This document shows positions 10,522 through 21,111 of a DNA stretch of 45,449 nt, piece by piece. The notes beneath the pieces are model-generated. The model was given only the letters and a program-made list of their open reading frames with translations, was not told the DNA's origin and made no database searches. Source of the DNA: Clostridia bacterium (GTDB lineage: Bacteria; CBDUZB01; JAGLHV01); assembly GCA_030637025.1 (NCBI GenBank), contig DAOVVV010000022.1, positions 1 to 45,449 of the forward strand. Direction: 5' to 3'. The first letter of the stretch is position 1. Each line of letters starts with the position of its first letter. Both the position numbers and the translations under genes were made by a program.

Positions 10522-12093
10522 CTAATTTTTTTCTGTTTTTTTCAATAATTTATATTCAACACTATCTACAAGTGCCTGCCAGCTGGCTTCAATAATATTT
10601 TCCGAAACCCCTATAGTATTCCATACCCCTTCTCTATCCTGCGATTCAATTAAAACACGTACTTTTGCTTCTGTCCCTGTCTGGGCATTAATTACTCTTA
10701 CTTTAAAATCAGTCAAAGACATCTCTTTTAATTGGGGATAAAATCTCTCCAGTGCTTTTCTTAAAGCATTATCTAAAGCATTAACCGGACCATCCCCTTC
10801 ACTGGCAGTATGTTCTTGAACCCCTTTCACCTTTACCTTAATAATTGCTTCTGATTTTAATTTTCCGTTGCTATCTTTTTCTATGGTTACTTTAAATCCT
10901 TCTAAATCAAAAAATTTTTTGTATTTCCGGGCAGCCTTTCTTAACAACAATTCAAAAGATCCTTCCGCCCCTTCAAACTGATAGCCTCTGTTCTCTAATT
11001 TTTTAACCATTTTAAGCAAATTTTCTACTGTTTTAGATTTTTTACTAAAATCAATATTCAACTCTTTTGCTTTAAATAAGAGATTACTTTTTCCTGAAAG
11101 TTCGGATATTAAAATTCTCCTTTTATTTCCTACCTTTTCAGGTTCAATATGTTCATATGTTTTTGCTTCTTTCTGTACCGCACTAACATGTATTCCTCCC
11201 TTATGGGTAAAAGCGGAATTGCCCACATAAGGCTGATGATCAGCAGGAATCACATTAGCCACTTCACTGATATAACGGGATATTTCGGTTAATTTCTGTA
11301 GTTGTTGATCAGATATGCAATTTATTCCCATTTTGATTTTTAAAGTAGGAATAATAGAACAAAGATTAGCATTTCCACATCTCTCCCCATAGCCATTAAT
11401 TGTCCCCTGAACTAAAGTACAGCCACTTTTTACCGCAATAATAGAATTAGCTACGGCCATATCAGCATCATTGTGAGTATGAATACCCAAAGGAATTTTT
11501 ATTTCCCTGCTCACCTTTTTTACCATTCGTTCCATTTGGTCAGGCGTAGTTCCACCGTTAGTATCACAAAGGCTAATATTATCTGCTCCCGCACGCTGGG
11601 CCTCTTTTAAAGTCCTTAAGGCATAAACAGGATTGTCCTTATAGCCATCAAAAAAATGTTCCGCATCATAAATCACTTCTTTGTTTTTATTCTTTAAATA
11701 TTTAACTGAGTCATAAATCATTTTTAAATTCTCACCTAATGTTGTCCGTAAAGCATATTTTACATGCAAATCCCAGGTTTTGCCAAAAATTGCTATCCCG
11801 GCTGTTTCTGCTTTAAGTAAATATTTAAGGGTTAAATCTTCCTCAACTTTTTTATGCATTCTCCGGGTACTACCAAAAGCAATTATGCGGCTATTTTTCA
11901 ACTTTATTTTTTTTATTTGTTTAAAAAATAAAATATCTTTAGGATTAGAACCAGGCCATCCTCCCTCAATATAATGAACGCCCAATTCATCCAGTTCTTT
12001 GGCTATTTTTATTTTATCAGCAACAGAAAAAGATATTCCCTCACTCTGGCTGCCGTCTCGCAGGGTTGTATCATAAAGTTTAATTTGTTTCAT
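10522..12093 (-). CDS. cimA: Citramalate synthase
   Basis: [41 protein letters not shown], typical of bacterial CimA. Confidence 0.93.
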   Translation of the reverse strand: MKQIKLYDTTLRDGSQSEGISFSVADKIKIAKELDELGVHYIEGGWPGSNPKDILFFKQIKKIKLKNSRIIAFGSTRRMHKKVEEDLTLKYLLKAETAGIAIFGKTWDLHVKYALRTTLGENLKMIYDSVKYLKNKNKEVIYDAEHFFDGYKDNPVYALRTLKEAQRAGADNISLCDTNGGTTPDQMERMVKKVSREIKIPLGIHTHNDADMAVANSIIAVKSGCTLVQGTINGYGERCGNANLCSIIPTLKIKMGINCISDQQLQKLTEISRYISEVANVIPADHQPYVGNSAFTHKGGIHVSAVQKEAKTYEHIEPEKVGNKRRILISELSGKSNLLFKAKELNIDFSKKSKTVENLLKMVKKLENRGYQFEGAEGSFELLLRKAARKYKKFFDLEGFKVTIEKDSNGKLKSEAIIKVKVKGVQEHTASEGDGPVNALDNALRKALERFYPQLKEMSLTDFKVRVINAQTGTEAKVRVLIESQDREGVWNTIGVSENIIEASWQALVDSVEYKLLKKTEKN

Positions 12094-12175
12094 AAGCCTT
12101 TCTTTTCTTAATATTTTTTTAATCTCAATTTTCTCAAGTTCTTTTAAGTCTTGCCTTTACACTATCGTTTAAGCC

Positions 12176-12688
12176 CTAAGATTTTCGTGTAGATATATTT
12201 TTTTTCGCCAACTTTTGATTCAATTTAAATTTTTTATGCAATACTCTTACCGCTTTTAGAAGATTCTTTTCTTTTATCACACAGGAAATTCTTATTTCCG
12301 AAGTAGAAATCATTTCAATATTTATTTTTTCTGCTGCTAATATTGAAAACATCTTGCTGGCTACCCCGGCATGACTTTTCATCCCTACCCCAACCAAAGA
12401 AACCTTGGCTACTTTATTATCATAAAAAACTTCTTTCGCTCTTAATTTTTTCTTAATTTCATTCATTATATCTAAAGTTTTTTTAAGAACCGTTCTCGAA
12501 ATAGTAAAAGAAATATTATTCACTCCGTCCCTGGCCGAACTTTGAATAATCATATCTACATTAATTTCTTTTTTTGCTAATTCATTAAAAAGATGTGCGG
12601 CTATACCCGGCTTATCAGGCAATTCAATTATAGACATCTTTACCTGATCAGCATCATAAGTTACTCCACTTACTACCACGTCCTCCAT
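12176..12688 (-). CDS. Probable aspartate kinase beta subunit (in-frame internal start)
   Basis: AAGGAGGT, 7 nt, then an in-frame ATG (MEDVVVSG) at the kinase/ACT boundary. Confidence 0.7.
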   Translation of the reverse strand: MEDVVVSGVTYDADQVKMSIIELPDKPGIAAHLFNELAKKEINVDMIIQSSARDGVNNISFTISRTVLKKTLDIMNEIKKKLRAKEVFYDNKVAKVSLVGVGMKSHAGVASKMFSILAAEKINIEMISTSEIRISCVIKEKNLLKAVRVLHKKFKLNQKLAKKNISTRKS

Positions 12689-13426
12689 ACAAGAAACCTC
12701 CTTAGTAATAACCGTCCCTTTTTCCTGGGAAAAAGTAGAACGGATGTGTAAATCAACATTAAATTTTTTAGCCATTTCTACCGAACGGGCCTGCATTACC
12801 TGTGCTCCCAATCCGGCCATCTCCAACATTTCATCAAAGGAAAGATAATCAGTTTTTCTTGCGTCTCTTACAATTCTGGGATCGGCAGTATAAACTCCGG
12901 ATACATCCGTATAAATTTCACAAACCTGCGCCTTTAATACCACAGCCAGGGCAACAGCCGTTAAATCCGAGCCACCCCTGCCCAAAGTCGTAATATCTTC
13001 TCCCGGACTTATTCCCTGAAATCCGGCGACGACCACTATTTTACCTTTTTTTAACTCTTTTTTCAACTTTTTTGTTTTTATACCGGTAATTCTTGCTTTA
13101 TTATATACACCATCGGTACAAATACCCGCTTGCGCCCCGGTTAAAGAAATAGCATCATTTTTTTGTGCCTTTATCGCCATAGATAAAAGTGCAATAGAGA
13201 TTTGTTCCCCGGCAGATAAAAGCATATCCATTTCCCGTTCACAGGGAACATCAACAATTTCAGCAGCCAATTTCAGCAACTTATTAGTAGTATTTCCGGT
13301 AGCCGAAACCACTACCACTAATTGATGACCTTTTTCTTTTGTTTTAATAATTATTTTAGCTACTGCTTTTATTTTTTTTGCATCAGCAACCGAAGAACCA
13401 CCAAATTTTTGAACAATAAGTGCCAA
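12176..13426 (-). CDS. lysC: Aspartate kinase (alpha subunit)
   Basis: VQKFGGSSV, TTLGRGGSD, DPRIV, two ACT domains. TTG start at 13426 after GAGGAG (track start 13441). Confidence 0.96.
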   Translation of the reverse strand: MALIVQKFGGSSVADAKKIKAVAKIIIKTKEKGHQLVVVVSATGNTTNKLLKLAAEIVDVPCEREMDMLLSAGEQISIALLSMAIKAQKNDAISLTGAQAGICTDGVYNKARITGIKTKKLKKELKKGKIVVVAGFQGISPGEDITTLGRGGSDLTAVALAVVLKAQVCEIYTDVSGVYTADPRIVRDARKTDYLSFDEMLEMAGLGAQVMQARSVEMAKKFNVDLHIRSTFSQEKGTVITKEVSCMEDVVVSGVTYDADQVKMSIIELPDKPGIAAHLFNELAKKEINVDMIIQSSARDGVNNISFTISRTVLKKTLDIMNEIKKKLRAKEVFYDNKVAKVSLVGVGMKSHAGVASKMFSILAAEKINIEMISTSEIRISCVIKEKNLLKAVRVLHKKFKLNQKLAKKNISTRKS

Positions 13427-13543
13427 AATACTTCTCCTCAAAAATAACTATTTTAAAAAAATATAACTATCGTTTTACCAAATGTTAAATTTAAAATAAA
13501 TTCTAACTTCCCCTTTTAAAACTTATCACCCGTAACTTATACC

Positions 13544-14749
13544 TTATACATTATTACCTTTAATAAAAAACTCCATCAATCTCCATCCCTCTTCAAAATA
13601 AACCTTCTCTTCCCCTGTAACTTCTTCTTGAAATCCCTTACTATTTTCAGCTACCCCTTTGCTTTCTTTACGCGAATCATAAATAGCAAAAGGTACCGGC
13701 TCGGAAGAATGTGTTTTTAAAGAAACCGGAGTAAAATGGTCGGGTAAAATTAATATTTTATATTCCTTAAAATTCTTTAACCCCTCTAAAATTTTTCCCA
13801 CTATTAATGCATCCAAATCTTCTATAGCCTTAATTTTCATTTCTACATCACCCATATGCCCTGCTTCATCAGGTGCTTCCACATGAATAAAGACAAAATC
13901 TTTCTTTTTTAAAGACTGCAAAGCATAATCGGTTTTACCCTGATAATTGGTATCAATAAAACCGGTAATACCGGGAACATCCAGGGGTTTTAAACCAATA
14001 TATTTCCCTAAACCTTTGATTAAATTAACCGCTGAAATAACAGAACCGGTAAGATTGAATTTATCTTTAAAAGTAGGCATACAGGGCTTCTTCCCCTGTC
14101 CCCACAACCAGATCATATTTGCTGCCTGCTTACCCTGCGCCCTTCTTTGCATATTTACCGGATGTCCGTCCAACAAAAGATATGAATCCTCCATCATTTC
14201 TTTTAATATTTTTCTGCCTTCACCGGCAGGAAGATTTTTCTTAATCGATCCTCCGGTTATATTATGCGGAGGAATACATTTTAACTTATCTTTACCTTTT
14301 CTCCACACCATCAGATGACGATAACTTACTCCCGGATAAAAATTAAAGTCCTTACTCCCTAATTTTTTATCAATCATTTTTATTAAAACTTTGGCTTCTT
14401 CGGTAGTAACATGTCCGGCACTATAATCTACCATGACATCCCCCTGAGCTGTAATTAAATTACAGCGAAAAGCCACATCTTTTTCTCCCAGAGTAACACC
14501 CATATTTGCTGCTTCCAAGGGACCTCTTCCCGTATAATATTGATGAGGATCATATCCTAACAAAGAAAGATTAGCTACATCACTGGCCGGAGCAAGATCA
14601 TCCGGTGTGTTTTTTACCAGACCAATCATCCCTTTATTGGCAATAAAATCCATAGCAGGGGTTTTCGCCGCCTGAAGCGGCGTCTTTCCTCCCAACTCCG
14701 CTACCGGATAATCAGCCATACCATCACCAACAATAACTACATATTTCAT
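13544..14749 (-). CDS. apgM: Cofactor-independent phosphoglycerate mutase family (ApgM / 'proposed homoserine kinase' type)
   Basis: GDGMAD, ASDVAN, GRGPLEAA, HVEAPDEAGH, PDHFTP, THS. Start at MKYVV (track start 14794). Confidence 0.88.
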   Translation of the reverse strand: MKYVVIVGDGMADYPVAELGGKTPLQAAKTPAMDFIANKGMIGLVKNTPDDLAPASDVANLSLLGYDPHQYYTGRGPLEAANMGVTLGEKDVAFRCNLITAQGDVMVDYSAGHVTTEEAKVLIKMIDKKLGSKDFNFYPGVSYRHLMVWRKGKDKLKCIPPHNITGGSIKKNLPAGEGRKILKEMMEDSYLLLDGHPVNMQRRAQGKQAANMIWLWGQGKKPCMPTFKDKFNLTGSVISAVNLIKGLGKYIGLKPLDVPGITGFIDTNYQGKTDYALQSLKKKDFVFIHVEAPDEAGHMGDVEMKIKAIEDLDALIVGKILEGLKNFKEYKILILPDHFTPVSLKTHSSEPVPFAIYDSRKESKGVAENSKGFQEEVTGEEKVYFEEGWRLMEFFIKGNNV

Positions 14750-14934
14750 TATTTTCGTCTCCAAAAAACACTTCATTCGCGTCATACATTGCAATAAACT
14801 ATGTTTGACTATTCTTTCAAACTCCCAAATTTTTCAACTACTAATTCATATGTCTGTTGTCTTTATCTTTTATTTTTTAACCAATCTAAACAAATATAAC
14901 CAATTCAACTGTTCTTTAACCGTCTTTATCTTTT

Positions 14935-16011
14935 TTACAATTCCAGTTCTTTCATTACCGCAGACATTGACGCTTCTATCACCGGTGGATTAGCGGCAAC
15001 CTTTATTGCCCTATCCGGATCCTTAAGTCCGTGTCCGGTCAATACACAAACAATTTTTGTTGGAGTATTAGTATCAGCACTCTGTGTCTTAAAAAAACCT
15101 TTTTCCACATATTTCTTTAACCCGGCAACACTTGCCGCTGAAGCAGGCTCAACAAAAACACCTTCTAAATTAGCTAACATTTTATAAGCTTCTACTATTT
15201 TTTCATCAGAAACCAAATCAATTACTCCTCCTGACTCATCTCGTGCCTCTTCTGCTTTCTTCCAGGAAGCAGGATTCCCTATACGAATAGCAGTAGCGAT
15301 CGTTTCCGGAGATTTTATGGGATAACCTTTTACAATAGGGGCAGAACCTGCCGCTTGAAATCCCATCATTTTAGGTAGATTAGCTACTTTACCTTTTGAC
15401 TTATATTCTTTATACCCTTTCCAATAAGCAGTAATATTTCCGGCATTACCAACCGGCATAAACTGATAATCAGGGACAGTACCTAATACCTCAACTATTT
15501 CAAAAGAAGCGGTTTTTTGCCCTTCTATACGATAGGGATTAAGGGAATTAACTAAAGTAATAGGGTGTTTATCAGTTATTTCTTTAACCAGACATAAAGC
15601 GTCATCAAAATTTCCTTCAACGGCAATTACCTGAGCACCATGAATTAAAGCTTGTGAAAGTTTTCCCAGAGCAATTGCTCCCTGGGGAATTAAAACAATA
15701 CATTTCATTTTCGAACGCGCGGAATAAGCCGCTGCAGAAGCAGAAGTATTCCCGGTTGAAGCACACATTACCGCCTTTGATCCTTCTTCCAACGCTTTAG
15801 AAATAGCTAAAGTCATCCCTCTATCCTTAAAAGACCCGGTAGGATTTAATCCCTCATATTTTAAATAAATCTCCAGATTATTTCCCATAAACTTACTTAA
15901 ATTATTAGCAGGAATTAAAGGAGTATCCCCTTCCAAAAGAGTAACAACAGGTGTTTTTTCTGTAATCGGCAAAAAATCTTTATATTTCCTTATTATACCC
16001 TGGTAAGACAT
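14935..16011 (-). CDS. thrC: Threonine synthase
   Basis: NPTGSFKDRG, ASTGNTSAS, PVGNAGN, TGHGLKD. Confidence 0.97.
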   Translation of the reverse strand: MSYQGIIRKYKDFLPITEKTPVVTLLEGDTPLIPANNLSKFMGNNLEIYLKYEGLNPTGSFKDRGMTLAISKALEEGSKAVMCASTGNTSASAAAYSARSKMKCIVLIPQGAIALGKLSQALIHGAQVIAVEGNFDDALCLVKEITDKHPITLVNSLNPYRIEGQKTASFEIVEVLGTVPDYQFMPVGNAGNITAYWKGYKEYKSKGKVANLPKMMGFQAAGSAPIVKGYPIKSPETIATAIRIGNPASWKKAEEARDESGGVIDLVSDEKIVEAYKMLANLEGVFVEPASAASVAGLKKYVEKGFFKTQSADTNTPTKIVCVLTGHGLKDPDRAIKVAANPPVIEASMSAVMKELEL

Positions 16012-16040
16012 TAGTTTTCTCCTTAAATCTCTTTTTAATT

Positions 16041-17342
16041 TTAATCTAAAATTCTAATAAACTTACTTTTTGCTCTTACTACGGATAATTGATTTATCTG
16101 CCGTAATGCTTTCTGTAAATCCCCCTCTTTTGCTTTATGGGTAATCATAATTATAGGTACTTCTCGAGATACAGCCCTTTCCTTTTGATAACAAGAAGCA
16201 ATACTTACATTATTTTCCCCTAAAATACCGGAAATCTTGGACAGAACACCCGGACGGTCAATAGTAGAAAATCTTATGTAGTATTTTGTTTCTATTTTAT
16301 CTATTTGTTTTATTCGTACTTTTTTATCCCGTTGATAAGTTACATAAGGGACTTTACCGGCAATACCATTATAAACATTTCGCGAAAGATAAATAATGTC
16401 ACTGACTACAGCACTGGCCGCAGTCATCTGGCCTGCTCCTTTACCATAAAACATCGTTTCTCCCACAGCATCACCGCTAATATAAATAGCATTAAACTCA
16501 TCCTCTACCGATGCTAACAAGTGTTCAACCGGAACCAGTGTAGGATGAACCCTTACTTCTATTTCCCTGTCAGTATTTTTAACCGTAGCCAGGAGTTTTA
16601 AAATATATCCAAATTCTTCTCGTGCATACTTAATGTCTTCCTTTGTAATAGCAGTAATGCCTTCACAAAAAATTTCCCCGGGATTTATCCATGCCCCAAA
16701 AGCAATTGAAGAAAGAATAGCTATTTTCTGTGCAGCATCTATACCTTCTATATCTAATTCGGGATTAGCTTCGGCAAAACCTTTTTTTTGAGCTTCTTTT
16801 AAAGCATCTTTAAAATTTATTCCCTCTTTAGTCATTTTAGTGAGAATATAATTAGTGGTTCCGTTTAAAATTCCTAAAATCGACTTAATTCTGTTAGCAG
16901 CTAATCCCTCATTTAAAGATTGGATTACAGGAACTCCTCCGGCAACACTGGCTTCAAAATAAACAGCAACCTTATTTTGTTTAGCAGAACTAAAAATATC
17001 ATCCCAGTGTTTAGATAAAAGCGATTTATTAGCAGTAACAATATGTTTCCCCCTTTTCATCGCCTCCAATATAATCCTTCTCGCCGGTTCTTCTCCTCCA
17101 ATTAATTCAATCACTATATCAATTTCCGGATCATTTAAAATTTCAGCAATATCTCCGGTTAAAAGTTTTTTATCTACTTTTATCTTTCGGGAAGATTTAA
17201 AATCTTTATCACAAATTTTCTTTATCCTTACCTTCGTTCCTGCTTTTTTCTCAATTAAAGAGAGATTATCTCTTAAGATTTTTACCACACCTGTCCCAAC
17301 TGTACCCAAACCGATTAAACCAAGATTTATTATCTTTTTCAT
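16041..17342 (-). CDS. hom: Homoserine dehydrogenase with C-terminal ACT domain
   Basis: GLGTVG, TANK, EASVAGGVP, GILNGTTNYIL, DRPGVL. Confidence 0.97.
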   Translation of the reverse strand: MKKIINLGLIGLGTVGTGVVKILRDNLSLIEKKAGTKVRIKKICDKDFKSSRKIKVDKKLLTGDIAEILNDPEIDIVIELIGGEEPARRIILEAMKRGKHIVTANKSLLSKHWDDIFSSAKQNKVAVYFEASVAGGVPVIQSLNEGLAANRIKSILGILNGTTNYILTKMTKEGINFKDALKEAQKKGFAEANPELDIEGIDAAQKIAILSSIAFGAWINPGEIFCEGITAITKEDIKYAREEFGYILKLLATVKNTDREIEVRVHPTLVPVEHLLASVEDEFNAIYISGDAVGETMFYGKGAGQMTAASAVVSDIIYLSRNVYNGIAGKVPYVTYQRDKKVRIKQIDKIETKYYIRFSTIDRPGVLSKISGILGENNVSIASCYQKERAVSREVPIIMITHKAKEGDLQKALRQINQLSVVRAKSKFIRILD

Positions 17343-17386
17343 AAGAAAAACATCTTTTCCTTTCTATATTATATGAACAAAAACGA

Positions 17387-18586
17387 TTACTTAAGAAATT
17401 TTTTTAACCTTAACAAAGCATCATGAAAACGATTATTGTGGGTAATTAAAGCCATTCTTACATAAGCATCACCATATGTTCCAAATCCTGCTCCCGGAGC
17501 AACAGCAATTCCCGTTTTTTCAATAAGTAACTCAGCAAATTGCAAAGAACTTAAATGTTTATATTTATCAGGTAAAGCTGTCCATAAATACATAGTTGCT
17601 TTGGGCATTTCTACCGGCCACCCCAGCTTATTCAATCCTTTTACCATTATATCTCTTCTTTTTTGATAAACCTGAACTGTTTTTTCTACACATTCCTGAG
17701 AATCTTTAAGAGCACATACCCCGGCTAATTGGATAGCGGTAAACACACCATAATCAAGGTAACTTTTTAATTTTTCCAACGGTCTTAAAATATCCGCATT
17801 CCCTACTACAAACCCCAGCCTCCAACCGGCCATATTATAGGTCTTACTGAAAGAAAAAAATTCGATTCCTATTTCTTTCGCTCCCGGTGTCTGCAAAAAA
17901 GAAGGAGCTTTATAACCATCAAAACATAATTCCGAATAAGCATTATCGTGACAGACAATAATATTATATTGTCTGGCAAACGAAACCACTTCCTTAAAAA
18001 AATCTAAATTATCAACGACAGCAGTAGTTGGATTATTGGGATAATTTAAAAACATAATTTTCGCTTTTAAGGCAATCTCTTCCGGAATCTTTTTTAAATC
18101 CGGCAAGTAATTATTTTCCGGCAAGAGAGGTAAATCATAAACAGTTCCACCGGCTAAAAGTACCCCGTTAAAATGAACCGGATAAGCAGGATTAGGAACC
18201 AGAGCTATATCCCCCGGATCCAAATAAGCCATACATAAATGAGCAATTCCCTCTTTTGAACCAATTAAAGCTAAAACTTCCGATTGAGGATCTAATTCAA
18301 AATCAAATCTGCTTTTGCACCATTGAGCTACTGTTTTTCTAAATTTGGGCATTCCCTTGGCTTGCGGATAACGATGCGACCGTGAATGATTTTTTACTGT
18401 ATCGCATAGTCGTTCAATAATATGTTCCGGTGTAGGTAAATCAGGATTACCCATCCCTAAATCAATTACATCTAATTTTTTCTCATAAGCTGCTTTTTTC
18501 AAAATATCAATTGCTCCAAATAAATAAGGAGGAAGCGTTTTTAACTTTTCACTATAATTTATTGAAAATTTTTTATCATTACTCAT
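17387..18586 (-). CDS. Class I/II PLP aminotransferase (AlaC / LL-DAP aminotransferase-like)
   Basis: DLGMGNPD, GSKEG, NYPNNPT, DNAY, SFSKTYNMAGWRLG; directly upstream of hom. Confidence 0.9.
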   Translation of the reverse strand: MSNDKKFSINYSEKLKTLPPYLFGAIDILKKAAYEKKLDVIDLGMGNPDLPTPEHIIERLCDTVKNHSRSHRYPQAKGMPKFRKTVAQWCKSRFDFELDPQSEVLALIGSKEGIAHLCMAYLDPGDIALVPNPAYPVHFNGVLLAGGTVYDLPLLPENNYLPDLKKIPEEIALKAKIMFLNYPNNPTTAVVDNLDFFKEVVSFARQYNIIVCHDNAYSELCFDGYKAPSFLQTPGAKEIGIEFFSFSKTYNMAGWRLGFVVGNADILRPLEKLKSYLDYGVFTAIQLAGVCALKDSQECVEKTVQVYQKRRDIMVKGLNKLGWPVEMPKATMYLWTALPDKYKHLSSLQFAELLIEKTGIAVAPGAGFGTYGDAYVRMALITHNNRFHDALLRLKKFLK

Positions 18587-18683
18587 TTAAATTTTTATCC
18601 TCCCTTTAAACCTTACATCCTCTAACACTTTATCGATTAACTATCCTGTCCTAAAATAGTTGACACTTTTTATATCATCTAAA

Positions 18684-18789
18684 AATAAAGATAAAATGTG
18701 TTTTGAACGATATATCGAATTTTAGCTTGTTTTTGCATGCCCATAAGGTAAAATTACACACCCGGAGAAAAACATATTTTGCCTTTATT
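18684..18789. mobile_element. MITE-like element, family B (internally deleted copy)
   Basis: Inverted ends AATAAAGATAAAATGTGTTTT / AAAACATATTTTGCCTTTATT; homologous to 22888-23051 but lacks about 58 bp. Confidence 0.75.
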
Positions 18790-18864
18790 TTCCTTGTTCT
18801 AAATCCTGACACCTAAACACTGTCCTTTATCATCAGCCTTTAGCTATTTATTTTCAAATTTTTT

Positions 18865-19149
18865 TTATTCTTCTTTATCCCTGACAACATATTCTTTCAC
18901 TCTTCTAGAAAATTTAAATAAAAGTATTCCCACCCCCAGGCAAGCAATCCCATAAATAATTTCAAATCCGGCATATCTTAACCATTCATCCAGAGAAATA
19001 AACTCTGACGGAGGATTCAAAAGAAAGGCATCTAACAACCCCTTTATTGCTACTACTATTCCCCAAATTAAAAAAATCCACCCGGACTGACGAACCAACC
19101 CTCGTATTTTTATTTTCTCTATTTTCCTTTTTTTGCTTTCCTTGTCCAT
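18865..19149 (-). CDS. Small hypothetical membrane protein (2 TM)
   Basis: 94 aa; basic N-terminus and two hydrophobic segments. Confidence 0.7.
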   Translation of the reverse strand: MDKESKKRKIEKIKIRGLVRQSGWIFLIWGIVVAIKGLLDAFLLNPPSEFISLDEWLRYAGFEIIYGIACLGVGILLFKFSRRVKEYVVRDKEE

Positions 19150-19240
19150 TTATTTTTTATATTCCATCAATTTTAATTCAAATTCTGTTTATCCCAAACA
19201 AACAAAATCCGAATTTAACTTGCTTTTTTTACTTGAAGTT

Positions 19241-20599
19241 CTAATTTAAAACTTTTTCTGCTGCTTCCTTAATACATTCCGCCAAAGTAGGATGAGCATA
19301 AACACTCTCAATCAAATCCACCACTTTTAATCCTCTATTCATAGCCAAAGAAATTAGATTAATCAATTCGCTTGCCTGAGCACCAACAATATGAACGCCT
19401 AAAATTTCCCCGTTATCTACATCGGAAATTACCTTTATAAAACCTTCTCTTTGGTCCAGAGTCAATGCTCTTCCATTAGCCATAAACATTGCTTTACCTA
19501 CTTTTACCGGCCTATTCCTGTTTTTAGCCTGGTTACAAGTTAAACCGATACTGGCTACTTCAGGATAAGTATATATGCATTCAGGAATTGCACGATAATT
19601 AAAAACTTTTTCTTTCCCACAAGCATTTTCTGCGGCAATCAATCCTTTTAAAGAAGCTAAATGAGCTAAATAAGGCCCCCCGGTAATATCTCCTGCTGCA
19701 TAAAAATTAGGAATATTTGTCTGCATTCTTTCATTTACTAAAATTTTTCCTTCCTGAGTTAAAATTCCTGCTTTCTGCAGACCAATATTATCCGTATTTA
19801 AATGCCGGCCAACAGCCACAACAACTTTATCCACCTGAAATTCCCGGCCATTGTCAAGTTTACAAATTAAAGAAGAGGAAGCATTTTTTATGCTTTCGAC
19901 CCTGGCATTAGTATAAACATCTATTCCTTTACGTGACAAAATATTAACCAGACAACGGGCTACTTCTTCATCCTTTCCGGGTAAAATCTGGGACATCATT
20001 TCTACTATTGTTACCTGGCTGCCTAACTGGCTGAATATACCGGCAAACTCACAACCAATTACCCCCCCCCCAACAATTAACATTTTTTTCGGAATACTGG
20101 ATAAATCCAAGACTTCATCACTATTAATTATATTTACATCTTCTTCTGCAAAAATAGACTTATTGGGTTTACTCCCTGTTGCAATAATAACATGTTTGGC
20201 TTTGAGAGGAAAAATTTTTTGGGAAATATTTACTTCTATTACATCAGGACTTTTTATAAAAGCTTCTCCCTTTATTAATTCTATCTTGTAATTCGTAAAT
20301 AAATAATTAATCCCCTGCCTTAATCTTTGAACAATTCTATTCTTTCGTTCTTTATACTTAGAAAAATCAACAAAAAAATCACTAATCTTTATCCCTAAAG
20401 AACCGGCTTTTTTAACTGTATGCACTACATGGGCATACTCTCTTAAAGCTTTAGTAGGAATACATCCTTTATTTAAACAAGTACCGCCTATAAAATCCCT
20501 TTCAATCACACAAACTTTTGCTCCCAATTGCCCTGCTCTTATCGCTGCCTGATAACCAGCCGGTCCCCCTCCCAAAATCACAATATCAAATTCTTGCAA
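19241..20599 (-). CDS. lpdA: Dihydrolipoyl dehydrogenase
   Basis: GGGPAG, GGTCLNKGCIPTK redox disulfide, GGGVIG, HPTLAE. TTG start after AGGAG (track start 20617). Confidence 0.94.
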   Translation of the reverse strand: MQEFDIVILGGGPAGYQAAIRAGQLGAKVCVIERDFIGGTCLNKGCIPTKALREYAHVVHTVKKAGSLGIKISDFFVDFSKYKERKNRIVQRLRQGINYLFTNYKIELIKGEAFIKSPDVIEVNISQKIFPLKAKHVIIATGSKPNKSIFAEEDVNIINSDEVLDLSSIPKKMLIVGGGVIGCEFAGIFSQLGSQVTIVEMMSQILPGKDEEVARCLVNILSRKGIDVYTNARVESIKNASSSLICKLDNGREFQVDKVVVAVGRHLNTDNIGLQKAGILTQEGKILVNERMQTNIPNFYAAGDITGGPYLAHLASLKGLIAAENACGKEKVFNYRAIPECIYTYPEVASIGLTCNQAKNRNRPVKVGKAMFMANGRALTLDQREGFIKVISDVDNGEILGVHIVGAQASELINLISLAMNRGLKVVDLIESVYAHPTLAECIKEAAEKVLN

Positions 20600-20704
20600 A
20601 ATTTTTCTCCTAAACAATTCTTTTAAAAAATTTTCAGCAAAACATCAACAAACTTTTTCTGCTTTTCTATTTCCTTTTTAAAAAAATTCATGCCGTTTTA
20701 AGAC

Positions 20705-20731
20705 AAAACCTGCACCTTTTTGGTACAGGTT
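20705..20731 (-). terminator. Probable intrinsic terminator after HU
   Basis: Minus strand AACCTGTACC-AAAAA-GGTGCAGGTT followed by TTGTCTT. Confidence 0.5.
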
Positions 20732-20782
20732 AAATCTCTTTCTTTAATATTTTAAAGAAATTAGTCTTATTTACTCAGCCTA

Positions 20783-21055
20783 TTACTTTATTTCTTTTTT
20801 TAGTCCTGAGCTGACTTTGAAAGCAATTCTTTTACCTGCAGGAACCTGGATAATTTCACCCGTTTTAGGATTTCTGGCTGCCCGTGCTTTGCGTTCTTTA
20901 ACCTTAAAAATGCCTAAACCGGCAAGAGCTATGTCATCGCCTGCCTTTAAGCTTCCTATAACAGTGTTTATTAGCGATTCTACTGCTTTTTTTGCCTCTG
21001 ATACTTTTAGCTGGGAATCCTGAGCTACTTTCTCAATTAACTCCATTTTGTTCAT
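20783..21055 (-). CDS. hup: HU family DNA-binding protein
   Basis: MNKMELI, GLGIFKV, RAARNPKTGE, AFK; AGGAGG SD. Confidence 0.95.
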   Translation of the reverse strand: MNKMELIEKVAQDSQLKVSEAKKAVESLINTVIGSLKAGDDIALAGLGIFKVKERKARAARNPKTGEIIQVPAGKRIAFKVSSGLKKEIK

Positions 21056-21111
21056 TTATACTTTCCTCCTTTTTTAAATTATTTATTTATAATGAATTTA
21101 AATTTTGATTA

